Positions 47,159-57,640 of a stretch of 64,000 nucleotides of DNA are shown one piece after another. Below the pieces are notes generated by a model. It did not search any database. It saw only the letters and a list, made by a program, of their open reading frames with translations, and had not been told where the DNA came from. The stretch comes from Diplonema japonicum (lineage: Eukaryota > Protista > Euglenozoa: Diplonemea). The stretch lies in assembly GCA_964019335.1 (NCBI GenBank), contig OZ025671.1:372001-436000 (forward strand), read 5' to 3'. Position numbers and translations under genes: made by a program. The number at the start of each line of letters is the position of its first letter. The stretch's first letter is position 1.

Positions 47159-48095
47159 CAAATCAATACAAATAAAAAAAAAAATTGCGACTGAATGAAA
47201 TGGAGGAGGTAAGCAGGGGGAGGTGGGGACAAAGGAAACAAAAACAAAACGGAAATAAATAAAATAAAATAAAATAAAATGTAAGTAAGAGGCCCCTCCG
47301 TCGCACCTCTTCACTTGGCTGGCAAAGCTTTACAAGACAAAAAGTTTAAACTGTGAGGTTGGGCACTCGTCCCTCGCCTTCGTGTTACCCATTGTGCTGT
47401 TAATAATGGCTTCACAAGAGGCCAAAGGGGAGGTGTCTTCACACCTGAGACCTTGTACGGGGACTTCGGTCCTGCTGCCCTCCAAAGAAACTAAAAAAAA
47501 AAAAAAGAAAAAAGTATTTTTGTTTCACCAGCCTTGTAGAAAAAGCTACCAATCTCTCCCTGAGCGCGGGGGGGGGGGGGGGGTAAACAAAGAAAGTAGC
47601 ATTCAAGAGAATTTGTGCATTTAAAACAAAAAAAATTGGGCGCGGGAAAAAAAAAAAAAAAGGAAATAGCTCCTCTCGAACTTCAATGCAAATAGAACTG
47701 GGGAGGGGACTTTTTTCATTTAGGTGGTAGTTTGCACTCTGCACAGCACAAAAAAGGGAGGGAAGATGGGGCAAAAAAAATCTAAAGTAAAAAAAAAAAG
47801 TGCTACCAAAAAGGAGGGGATGGGGGGACTCAATAAAAATAAAATAAAAAAAACAGCAACATTCCAAACACGTTTTTAATTCTGAAAGAAAGCAGTTCTA
47901 AGTTAACATCTGTAATAACGTAGCCATTCAACCGTGGCTGGGGAAGGAAACCCTTGTTTTGGAAATTAGCTTAGGTTTTCTTTTTCTCCTTCTTTTGCTC
48001 ACTGAGGTAGAAAACAAAGAAGAAAGAAGAAGGAAATAAAATTAAAAGAAATAAAACGAAAAAATGACTTTTTTTTAGCTACCTCGCAAAATATT

Positions 48096-48132
<37 letters not shown>

Positions 48133-48474
48133 GCGGGCAACTTTTCGTCCGCAAGCAGATATAACTAGGAAAGGGTGGGGGCAAAAAAAAAAAGGGGGTG
48201 GGGGAAGAAAGGGAGGCGTGTTTGGCTACTTTTTCGTTGTTGTTGTTGTTTTTTTTTTTTCCTTCTTTTTTTTTTCTCTCGCTTTTCGATTCTTTTTTTT
48301 TTTTTTTGAAAAAAAACTTTTCCCTCGCTCTACTATGTTGGGCAAGTGTCACCCGAATCCCAAAGTTAATTGGGAATCGTTTTTTTCTTTCTTTCTTTTT
48401 TTTTTTTTTAAATTATTTGTATCGATAATTCTTTTTTTTGTTGTTGTTGTTTTTATTATTATTCCCATTCTGAC

Positions 48475-49860
48475 TTAAATAAGTCTATCAGCATTGGCAG
48501 CCTCGAGAGGGATGAACGAGACCTGCTGCTGCGCGTTGGTAGGCGAACTGTTGTTCGACGAATTGTTGCTGTGGTGGCCGTGGTGGTGGCCGTGGTTGTG
48601 GCCGTGCCCATGGTGATGGTGGCTGTGCCTTTCCCTGTTGTTCCTCTTGTTCTTCGAGGTCCGAAGGTACAGCTTCTTAGACATCTTTGCAGCGTGTGGC
48701 GTCTGCGGGAGAGCCGCATTCACCGTTTCCGTCAACACCGGGAGAAGGTGGTCAGGACAGTTCGAAATCGCTTTCTGCAACACAAAGTTCCCAGAATCAT
48801 GAGCTGCGATAAGCCCACACGCAGAAGGCGACAACAAGTTTGCAATCAAGTTGCCCAGCACATAAGCAGGCGTCTGTTGATGCTCCAAGATCGCCTCTGC
48901 AACGTACGACCCATGCTTGTGGAGGACGTACTTCTTGACGCTCTTTGAGATGATCTCTGCAGCGGTGGTGATGAGCGCAGGGCGGACGTCGAAACACTTC
49001 GACAACAAGTAGTTCCCTGCAGGGTGCAGGACAAGGTCCGTCACGCTGGTCTCGATAGCGGTCAGCACCGGCGCGCAGTCGATCCCCTGTGCGATGGAGG
49101 CCTCGATGTCGCCCTGCAGCCCCGTGCACTGCTTCGTGTTGTTCACCAACGTCATTAGATTCTGCGCGGCATACGCCATCTTCTCGTCCAAGGCCATCGA
49201 ATTGTACAAAGCACTCACATTCTCCCTCTGGCTCCCGGGGTACTCCGCCACCACCGACTTGCATGTCGGGCAGGTTGTCCTTTGCGGCATCTCATACGAG
49301 AGCACCACGCCAGGTGCGATCATGTGGAACTCGGATGCTTCCTGCACAGTGGGCGCGTGCAGGTGCATGGCGGGCAGCCTCGGTACAATGTAGACGGCAG
49401 CTCCCGGCGAGCATACCTGCTCGATGAAGGTGCTGTTGTGGAGCATCGAGTTCGCGCAGCTAACCTGGAAGTCCCTCGTGCTCCATCCGTACAGCGTGGC
49501 GACCTCTGTCTTTAGCATCTCGACAGTGGAGTGGCCCACGATGTACGGCATCCACACCTTGTGCCCAGAGGGGTGCACCACTGCTACCACTGTCTCTGGC
49601 GAGCTGGGCTTCGTCGAGGCAGGCACCCCCGACATGGTGGTGCTGCCGAAGCTGTTGTTGCTGATGTACCCGGAACCTCCAAGGCTGTTGCTGTAGCCGC
49701 CCCACACGCACTCTGAATACCTCTCCCACTTCTCCACTTCCGGCTTCAGGTACGAGTGCCATGCCTCATCCTGCTCGTAGTCGACAGAGCTCTGGGGGCC
49801 TGTGCTCAGCGTCTCTTCTGTGCCTTCGCTGTATGCACGCTCGCAGGTGAAGAGCGACAT
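48475..49860 (-). CDS. Pumilio/PUF-repeat RNA-binding protein with a ubiquitin-like segment and His-rich tail
   Basis: PUF repeats LVLHPAGNYLLSKCFD, YVLHKHGSYVAEAILE and IAAHDSGNFVLQKAIS; UBL-like segment STVEMLKTEVATLYG..QVSCANSML. Confidence 0.8.
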   Translation of the reverse strand: MSLFTCERAYSEGTEETLSTGPQSSVDYEQDEAWHSYLKPEVEKWERYSECVWGGYSNSLGGSGYISNNSFGSTTMSGVPASTKPSSPETVVAVVHPSGHKVWMPYIVGHSTVEMLKTEVATLYGWSTRDFQVSCANSMLHNSTFIEQVCSPGAAVYIVPRLPAMHLHAPTVQEASEFHMIAPGVVLSYEMPQRTTCPTCKSVVAEYPGSQRENVSALYNSMALDEKMAYAAQNLMTLVNNTKQCTGLQGDIEASIAQGIDCAPVLTAIETSVTDLVLHPAGNYLLSKCFDVRPALITTAAEIISKSVKKYVLHKHGSYVAEAILEHQQTPAYVLGNLIANLLSPSACGLIAAHDSGNFVLQKAISNCPDHLLPVLTETVNAALPQTPHAAKMSKKLYLRTSKNKRNNRERHSHHHHGHGHNHGHHHGHHSNNSSNNSSPTNAQQQVSFIPLEAANADRLI

Positions 49861-50031
49861 TTTTCTGTTTGTTTTCTTTTTTTTTCTTTTTTGATACTTT
49901 CTTATTCCCCAATTCATTGCAGTGAAAAAAGAAAAAAAGACTATTCTTCTAAGTTTTTGCGCTCACCGGGCCGAAAAAAAAAAAGAAAAAGAAAACACCC
50001 TCCCCTTCACAAAAAGAAAACACCCTCCCCT

Positions 50032-51264
50032 TCACTCCGCCCAACCCCTGCGCTTCAGCAACATGTCGATCTCATCGGCCACTTGTTCCGAACGCGAAGT
50101 GTTGCCCGCCCTGTCGTGCACGGAGCGCAGGGCTTTGAGAATCGTAATGTTCGCCTTCATATGGCGGTTGGGAATCTGGGAGAAAACCTCGTCAGCGACA
50201 GTGGGGTCGAGGGTTTGGAGGTAGGCCGCATACAGAGAAGGGCCGGACGTCATCCCAGAGGCAAGTGCGGTGTTGTAGTACGACCTAGTCAGGAGACGCC
50301 AGTCAGGCGGCTGGAGAACAGCAAGCGCGTGGATTTGAGCAGCGAAGACAGCTACAGAGGGTGGGTCGCTGAGGCGGGCAAATAGCTTGGTGACTTCATC
50401 CCTGTTCCCAAGGTTGGCATGAACAATTAAAAGCTCGGCAGGGACGCCAATCCCCGGCAGCCCTTCGAACTGTTCAGTGTACACGTCAAGGCAGTCTCTG
50501 TACTGCTGCAGGTCAACCAACCTCCTCACAACAGCAACACAGCTGTGCATGGTCACTCCTACGCCGTCGGCTTCTTTTAATCTCAATATTTTGCGCACTT
50601 CCTCTTTCGACTCTGCTAGGCTGAGCAGCCCGTCATGGACGGCACCCGTCATGCTAACCTTTTCTCGTTTCATGATGTTGTAGATTTTCCAAGCTTTTGC
50701 TTTTTTCCTACCTTTCACGTTGAGGGCAAGCAGCGACGCTAAGATCTCGTCATTGGGCTTCAGCCCCTCATTGTTTAGCTCGGTAAGGAACTCGTTGGCT
50801 GCGTAAAGGTCGATTGCGTTCCTAGCCACACTGAAAATGCTGACAAAGGTTTCCATGGTAGGGGGAATCCCCTTGTGGAGCATGCTCCTGTAGAGGCTCC
50901 TCGCTGCTGTCACGTTTCTGCTGTGTTTCATGAACCCTGCAAGGGTGTTGTACGTGGTCTTCCCTATTACGTGTTTTTGCTGCGCTTGTAACTCCTCGAG
51001 GAGATTCCAAACTCTTGTTCCTACTTCCTGCTGTCGCCATTTCTTCCCTCTCCCAACATCGAGCACCTCTTTTACGTACTCTGCAACTTCTGTATCTGTC
51101 ATCCCACCCCCCTTGCTGCGCTGTGTACCGACTTGTGCTCTGAAAGCTACCCGTTGCAGGAGGACATCGTCCTCTGTCTCTGCTCCCGTCACCCTTGCTA
51201 CGAGCTCGTCATAGCTCTCCACTAACCTGTTCAGGTTCCTTATTCTTAGCCTCCGAGTTAACAT
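50032..51264 (-). CDS. Pentatricopeptide repeat (PPR) protein
   Basis: 35-aa repeats TTYNTL..ARSLYRSMLHKGIPPTMETFVSI..ANEFLTELNNEGLKPNDEILASL; Arg-rich N-terminus. Confidence 0.85.
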   Translation of the reverse strand: MLTRRLRIRNLNRLVESYDELVARVTGAETEDDVLLQRVAFRAQVGTQRSKGGGMTDTEVAEYVKEVLDVGRGKKWRQQEVGTRVWNLLEELQAQQKHVIGKTTYNTLAGFMKHSRNVTAARSLYRSMLHKGIPPTMETFVSIFSVARNAIDLYAANEFLTELNNEGLKPNDEILASLLALNVKGRKKAKAWKIYNIMKREKVSMTGAVHDGLLSLAESKEEVRKILRLKEADGVGVTMHSCVAVVRRLVDLQQYRDCLDVYTEQFEGLPGIGVPAELLIVHANLGNRDEVTKLFARLSDPPSVAVFAAQIHALAVLQPPDWRLLTRSYYNTALASGMTSGPSLYAAYLQTLDPTVADEVFSQIPNRHMKANITILKALRSVHDRAGNTSRSEQVADEIDMLLKRRGWAE

Positions 51265-51478
51265 TTAACTTTTCCGTTTGTCATGTGTGGTCTGTTTTTT
51301 TTTTTTTCTCTTTCTATTTTGTTTCTCAAGGTGACCTGCGATGCATTGCGTTTGAAGAATGGCTGAGTCAATGATTTTTTTCTTCTTTTTTTAAATTTTT
51401 TTGAAAATGATTTTTTTGGCTTTTTTTTTTTTTTTTTCTTCTTCACCTACATCTTAACGATTGGCAGTTGCTTAGTGC

Positions 51479-52237
51479 TTAGTTACCCCAGTCACCGGCG
51501 GCATCGTCACCCCAGTTCTCCACACCAGCGTCCTCGGTGGCGGTGGTGACGACCTTCTTGTCCTCGATGGCCTTCTCCTCCTCGGCCTCCTTCTTGAGGA
51601 CATCCTCGGGGTCGCGGTAGAAGAAGAGGTCGACCTTCACCTCCCAAGGGACGGTCCTGAGGATGGTGGACCTCATCCTGAGGACCTCCCTGGAGAGCAT
51701 CCAGTAAAGCATACCGATGGAGAGCTTACCACGGTTGTTGCAGGGGATCGCGAGGTCGACGTGGGTGAGGGGGGAGTCGGTGTCGCAGAAGGCGATGATG
51801 GGGACGTTCACGTAGGCGGACTCCCTGATGGCCTGGTGGTCGGTACGGGGGTCGGTCACGATGATCAGCCTGGGCTGGGCGAACTTCTCCTGCTTCTGGT
51901 TGGTGAAGGACCCGGGGCAGAACCTACCAGCCATCGAGGTGGCGCCGGTGTTCTGGGCGTACTTCAGGACAGCCCTCTGACCGAAGGGCCTGGCGGAGAT
52001 CACCACCACGTCGGCGGGGTTCTCGACCGTCACGATCATACGGGCAGCCAGCACGAGCTTCTCCCAGGTCATGTGGAGGTTGATGATGTGGATCCCGTCC
52101 TTCCTCCTCGCGCTCACGTACCTCTCCATCGAGGCCGTCAAGTTCTTCGTCCCCATCTGGGCCTTGCATGCAAGGAGCTTCTGGATGTCGTTCTCCTCAG
52201 CACGGAGGACGCGCGAGCCGCTGTTGACGCAGGTCAT
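51479..52237 (-). CDS. RPSA: 40S ribosomal protein SA (uS2), copy 1
   Basis: [77 protein letters not shown]. Confidence 0.97.
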   Translation of the reverse strand: MTCVNSGSRVLRAEENDIQKLLACKAQMGTKNLTASMERYVSARRKDGIHIINLHMTWEKLVLAARMIVTVENPADVVVISARPFGQRAVLKYAQNTGATSMAGRFCPGSFTNQKQEKFAQPRLIIVTDPRTDHQAIRESAYVNVPIIAFCDTDSPLTHVDLAIPCNNRGKLSIGMLYWMLSREVLRMRSTILRTVPWEVKVDLFFYRDPEDVLKKEAEEEKAIEDKKVVTTATEDAGVENWGDDAAGDWGN

Positions 52238-52649
52238 TTTAGTTGTTAAGACTTAACTACCTATTAATGAATATTTCAGAAATGACACATACCAACAAAA
52301 GGGAAAAGGCTAGAGAGTGGAAAGGTAAAAGGAGAAAAAAAGTGTATAGAAGCCTTGAAAAAGGCCCCCCCCTTTTTTTTTAACCACTAAGCCCACAGGC
52401 TAATAACCGAAAAAGTCAATTTCCCAAAAGAATTCAAAAAAATGGCAGCAATTACCAAACAAAGTGTTCTTTTTATGGAGAAGTGATCTCTAGAGCTAGA
52501 GACATTCAGGCCCTGAGCTGGCTTTGACCTTATGATTTTTGACCCAATACCTAAAAGTAAGGGGGGAGAAGTAAGAAAGTGGAAAATAAATAATCAAGCC
52601 CAGATTTAGCTTGCGTTTCACACCTCTCTTGTTGTAACCCTTGTCACCC

Positions 52650-52930
52650 CTCGTTCGTGAAGTAATTTCAGAGTGTCGTGAAATAAAACCACTTACCTAC
52701 CGCCAAGTAATGCTTTACCGACCTCTCAGTAAAGTCATTACTTGTTGGCAGTAAATAGCTATTATTGCACTCATGCTCATTACTTCACGGTGAAGTAATA
52801 AGGATGCGGCCCTTCCCGATCCGCAAAGTGTCCCGGCTCTATCCTCAAAGGGGGTCCTTTGGGTTACACAGGAAACATAAGGGACTTCATCTCGGGCGGT
52901 GGCCGGATCCAAAGAAACCTTGTTTCTCCG
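52650..52930 (-). ncRNA. Candidate structured RNA or element remnant (several long helices)
   Basis: ~24-bp hairpin at 52698-52753, 12-bp hairpin at 52776-52802 and nested helices at 52802-52910. G-U pairs in the two hairpins favour the minus strand. Confidence 0.4.
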
Positions 52931-53056
52931 GTAATTTCAAAAAAACTCGATAAAATTCCAGTGTGCATGGGGGTACTTACTGTTCAGGAAATTCAAAAAA
53001 AATAAAAAAAATGGGGCTTTGATTGCTACACTAAGTGGCGTTAAGTGTGCAACGAA

Positions 53057-53194
53057 GCACGAACTGTCTACTTGATTACAGGGGGCGCACCTCCCGGCCG
53101 CTCTGTAACTTATTCTGCGTTCCGCGTCGTGTCCTTAATACTTACCCGCTACCGGTGATGACCGACGAAGAGGTCAACAGCGAACAACCCCACC
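53057..53194 (-). repeat. Decayed second copy of the ribozyme/tail element at 20.6-20.9 kb
   Basis: 53057-53139 matches 20597-20679 and 53147-53188 matches 20794-20835; the 114 nt between them is replaced by 7 nt. Confidence 0.85.
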
Positions 53195-53350
53195 CACAAA
53201 AAAAGGGGGGGTAAATAATTCACCGATAAAAGTTGATTCAATATTTTTTTTTTTCTTACCCAGTTTTTAGACCAACACGCGGAAAGGAATGAGACTTGAA
53301 TTTCAGTGGGCCATGCAGTATATGGCATAGGCGGACAGAAGGGATTCCCC

Positions 53351-53384
<34 letters not shown>
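53351..53384. repeat. (TTG)n/(CAA)n microsatellite
   Basis: About 11 tgt/ttg units in a row. Confidence 0.9.
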
Positions 53385-53385
<1 letters not shown>

Positions 53386-55050
53386 GTTTTTTGTTCCGTA
53401 CTTAATCTTCAAAAATCTTTCTTTTTTTTTTATATCTCGCTTAATGTCGATCTCAAAAACAGAAGACAGCCACCTCACGGCGGCCAATGAAGCAACCCTA
53501 AGGGGTTGCCAGGCTACCTGTGTCACGCTGTCCACCGCCCTTCACGAAGCTTTTTTTAAAACAAAAAAGTGGGAAAAAAGAAAAAGAAAAACCGTTTTAT
53601 AACGCCCCATATCTCTAACCCTTCCGTTAGGACGACACAGAAAATTTGCTATTTTTTTTTTTTTTTTTTTTTTTTTTCAAAACAAAGACTGCAATACAGG
53701 CTCTAGAGATATGGGGCGCAAAAGGACCGGTGTGGTTTGTTCCTGCTTCAAACCAGAATTCACTGGTGTCGTGAAGGAACCTTAAAAGGACTCCAGACCG
53801 CAGCGCAGTGCATTCCGTTTCTGTGTCCGTTTCTTTATTTTTCAGATACTTAAGGAAACGCGTTTCATTCTCAGAGGGAAACGTCGGGTTCATAGGCCCC
53901 CAAAAAAAAGTTTTCGCGTGGTTTTGACCACTTTTTGGCACTTTATTGTGGCCAGAAAAGCAATCTTTAAAAAATTGTCCGCATGTGGTTTCGGGTTGGC
54001 TTACTTTTGCCCCTATCCTATGGTTTTGACCCCCAACCACTCCGTCGGGTAAGAAGAGATCAGCTGCAAGGAAAATTAGGTGAATCGTCCCATATTCCAG
54101 GAGCCTTTTTCTTGTACTAAGCCGGAACCACATGCGGGCAAAAAAAATCTTTTTTTTTTCGATTTCGTCGTTTAAAGGCAAATAAAGTGCCAAACACCAG
54201 AAACCACCCAATCCGATGTTTTCTTTACTACCCAGAATCCCGTCTTTCACCTTTTATAGGCTGTTCGACAGGTATTAAAAGTATTTATTGGCTGTTCGAC
54301 ACATTCTTCGAAAGTGACTTAATCGACCACGCCCCCCCCCCCCCCCCCCCCATGGATTTAAAAAAATAAATCTCGCTAGTTTTCCATTGGTTTAAGCAAT
54401 CGAGGCCATCTCACAGCTACAGTCTGTATGCGGCATAATCCCTTAGGGAAAGCCCAGAACCGTGCCCAGTGCTGCGCTTCAACTGCCCTTCTTGGGAGCT
54501 TATTATTTTATAATCATTATTTTCTTTCTTGTTGAAAATAAATCGCTTCGAGTGCGTGATACCCCCCCCCCCCCCCCCCCCTAGGGCTATGCATTTTTTG
54601 AAAAAAAGGGAAAGGGAAACGGAAACGGAACGTGAATATATATCATTTTCCCGAGGTTAGGATGTAGTTTGTTTTTGCAACTATTTCAGGTACCAAACCG
54701 TGGTCACTGTTTTCAAAAATACAGATAAAGTATTAACAAGTGCTCAGAAATGCTCTAATCCGGCGAATTTTGTTTTTTTGGTTAATTTGGAGGATATTGG
54801 GCGGTTTTTTTACCTTAGGGGAAAATTCTTTAAAAACTTTTTTTTTTCACGTTTAACCACGTTTTTTAGGACCATGTGACCCCCCCTACCCCCCCCCCCC
54901 CCCCGTTCGATTCTTGCAGGGCAAGATCGTGCGTTAAAAAGGCGTGTAAATGGGGGGGAGGAAAGAAAAGAAAAGGTGGCATTTGCGAGCATGCTCCTGA
55001 ACGAATACCTCTATCTTTGCAGTTTGGCAAAAGACGCATCCGCTTCCTTG

Positions 55051-57471
55051 CTAGTCTTCTGAGTGGAATGTCACGAGGGTGACCTCAGCGGGGTTTTGGA
55101 ACGACGCTTTCGACTTCTTGCTCGGGTTGGGCTTCTCCGTACGATACTTCTTGTGGTACCCCATCTTAGGACAGGCAAGGTGGCGCTGTTGCTTCTGCAT
55201 CTCGATGACAAGGGAAATTACAGGGTCCGCAGAGTTCATTTGGCCGAGCGTGCAGTCAACGAATCTCTTCGCGTACTCCTCCGTCCACTCTCGGGTGTAG
55301 TCTTCGTCGTTCATTACCATGTTGAGAAGGGATTCTGCTCTTAGTTGGAAGATGGTCATGGGCGGGATACCTTCCGCCTCCCATATGTCCACAGGACGAA
55401 TCACGCCATGGAGTGTCTTGTCGTCTGACAGCAACGCCTGCTCCCCGATAGAAGTGTTCAAAGCAAATACATCAAGCTCCCTGGCAGCTACAGCAAGTTG
55501 GTGCGCTATATTGAAGGCCATTCCTATGGTCATATGGTACCGTTTCTTCTCGTTCCCGATGTTTCCGTACAGACACGCGCCTGTTGCTGTCCCCACTGTG
55601 GCGCGCTGGAACCACTCAGAGCCGATTCGCTGGAACCCGCTGTGAAGCATTCCTACAAACCGCACAACGTGCTGCTGGTGCGCAGCGTTCTTCTTTGACG
55701 TGTTCCACGAGGCTATCATCGACATGGAAGTCACATTGTTCATCGTCCCGCGTGACCTATCCACCGCACCCATAACGACGTCTAGCAAGTCGCTTGTGTT
55801 GCTAAGAGGGTACTCGCAGTCGTTTAGGAACGAGTAGTCAATTGCGACGTGTGCTGCGCTCATGGACGCCACGTCGTGCAGCTTTGAGTGCAAGATTGCT
55901 TGCTTCAGTGAAGAAGCGATCGAATGGGAGTTGGACCGGATACTCCCGTTTCCGAAGCTGCGGGACTTCATGCTAGTATCGTCGTCCTCTGAAGGAGGCC
56001 TGAAGACATCAGACCTTCTTCTTTCCAAAACGGAAGGCACAAGGGTATAAATTGCGGGAGGAAGCCTCGGGGATGCTAGCGGCTGTAAGAAAGTAAGCGG
56101 GTACACAATAGGGCTGTCGAGTTGTGACAGGCCGCCGGTAGTGTCCCGGATGCCATCCAGCGAAGAAGAATCCACGCTGATACCCCCCGGAAGGGAAACC
56201 CCAAGCATTGATGTGGCATAGTTGACGGCAAGGCCGACGACTTCGAGCCTGCCTGTTATGATATTCTCTTCCACTTTGACGGGGCCGTAGTAGGCAGCCA
56301 TTTTCACGCGTAGCCCGTCTTGGAAATTACATGCGGCGATGAGATTCTCTGGCCACTCGGAGTACGAGAGGTCGCACTGTACCTTGAAGCAGAACTTCAA
56401 CGCACTTTGTAGATTCGTGAAAACGATCAAAAACGACTCACCGATGGTGTTGATCTCGTACCCACCGAAGTGCGAGATGGTCTTGCGCATGATTTCCTGG
56501 TGCATGGTCGACGCGTCCTTCATCCCAGCAAAACATGTCTCCCAGAGAGAGGCTTCGTCGTGTATTTCGGTGCAAACTATGGCGGCGTTGGTGAGGGAAA
56601 TGACCTCTTGTTGGAGGAGTGACGAGGCAAGCACGTCGGACTCATCGACGAAGAGCGCGTCGGGTAAGTACGGGCGGTACTGTTTGAGATTGAAGAGAAG
56701 CTTCGACAGGACAACAGAGAGGTCGGTGGTTCTCGTCGTGCTGAGGAGCCTCTCGGCGCCTTCCAGGTCGAACTTGACCAAGCAGTGTGCAATGTCCTCG
56801 GCCAGCTCCACAGATTTTGACATCCGGGTATTCCCGTCACGTACCTGTATGGCAAACCCCATCACAAACCCGAAGTTGACAACAAAGATAACGGCATACA
56901 GCACCACATGCAACACCCCAACGGCCTTGATGGCACAAGGCGGTTTCGTACAATCACAAAAATCGCCTCTGTCCGCTTCCGAAGGGGTTCCAGGCATATC
57001 AAGCAGCCCCCATCTGCTTGATGTATCTGTCGTCACGAAGAGCAGCCATGCAAGCATGGCAAACATTGCATTCCTCGCCGTCTTGCAACTGTTTCCCGTG
57101 ATGAGCAGTATGTCTAAAACTACAATAAAACACGGCCACGCACGTTCCAGTCCGGGTGATGCGGCAGAGGATAGATCCATCAGCATGATGCCCAGCATCA
57201 CGACGTAGCAGTATGCCTCGATTGTCCTTGGCGTGCTTTGCTTCGTGGCGACAAGGAGCAGCATCCACCCCAGCGAGGACAGCAAGATGACCAACATCCC
57301 AAAAGTAAATAACAGACTCGAGTTCGTCACCAAGGCGCCTACCAATGTCAACATCGAGCTGACGATGCAGAACAGGTAAATGTAAGCCATCAGTTCCTTC
57401 ACAACCGCTTCTTCTTTGGTCTCGTCTCCATCGAGAACGAGGCCTGTGATGCAGTTGCTGATGCGCTTCAT
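55051..57471 (-). CDS. Multi-pass membrane class III adenylate/guanylate cyclase-like protein with two degenerate cyclase domains
   Basis: About 6 TM helices, then LKQYRPYLPDALF, AAIVCTEIHDEASLW, GYEINTIGESFLIVF and GLRVKMAAYYG; second domain SMSMIASWN..GACLYGNIG. Confidence 0.8.
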   Translation of the reverse strand: MKRISNCITGLVLDGDETKEEAVVKELMAYIYLFCIVSSMLTLVGALVTNSSLLFTFGMLVILLSSLGWMLLLVATKQSTPRTIEAYCYVVMLGIMLMDLSSAASPGLERAWPCFIVVLDILLITGNSCKTARNAMFAMLAWLLFVTTDTSSRWGLLDMPGTPSEADRGDFCDCTKPPCAIKAVGVLHVVLYAVIFVVNFGFVMGFAIQVRDGNTRMSKSVELAEDIAHCLVKFDLEGAERLLSTTRTTDLSVVLSKLLFNLKQYRPYLPDALFVDESDVLASSLLQQEVISLTNAAIVCTEIHDEASLWETCFAGMKDASTMHQEIMRKTISHFGGYEINTIGESFLIVFTNLQSALKFCFKVQCDLSYSEWPENLIAACNFQDGLRVKMAAYYGPVKVEENIITGRLEVVGLAVNYATSMLGVSLPGGISVDSSSLDGIRDTTGGLSQLDSPIVYPLTFLQPLASPRLPPAIYTLVPSVLERRRSDVFRPPSEDDDTSMKSRSFGNGSIRSNSHSIASSLKQAILHSKLHDVASMSAAHVAIDYSFLNDCEYPLSNTSDLLDVVMGAVDRSRGTMNNVTSMSMIASWNTSKKNAAHQQHVVRFVGMLHSGFQRIGSEWFQRATVGTATGACLYGNIGNEKKRYHMTIGMAFNIAHQLAVAARELDVFALNTSIGEQALLSDDKTLHGVIRPVDIWEAEGIPPMTIFQLRAESLLNMVMNDEDYTREWTEEYAKRFVDCTLGQMNSADPVISLVIEMQKQQRHLACPKMGYHKKYRTEKPNPSKKSKASFQNPAEVTLVTFHSED

Positions 57472-57547
57472 GGTTTCTGCAGGGGTATGACAGTTTTCGA
57501 AAGTGCAGTGAGAATAAAAGCGGCAAAAGGAAAATTTGAAATGAACG

Positions 57548-57578
<31 letters not shown>

Positions 57579-57640
57579 GAAAAACCCTAAAAGAAATTCA
57601 AATTGCTTTTGTTTTGTCGTACGAGCAGCAAACTGCAGGC

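Noticed and set aside
52691-52698. U1-like ACTTACCT (also ATACTTACC at 53138)
   Set aside because: No U1 stem-loops or Sm site follow.
53615-53622. CTAACCCT telomerase-template-like octamer
   Set aside because: Only 8 nt, it also occurs inside a CDS near 3788, and there is no supporting structure.
54259-54301. 12-bp direct repeat GGCTGTTCGACA x2 (B-box-like or CRISPR-like)
   Set aside because: Only two units, no A box or cloverleaf, eukaryotic context.
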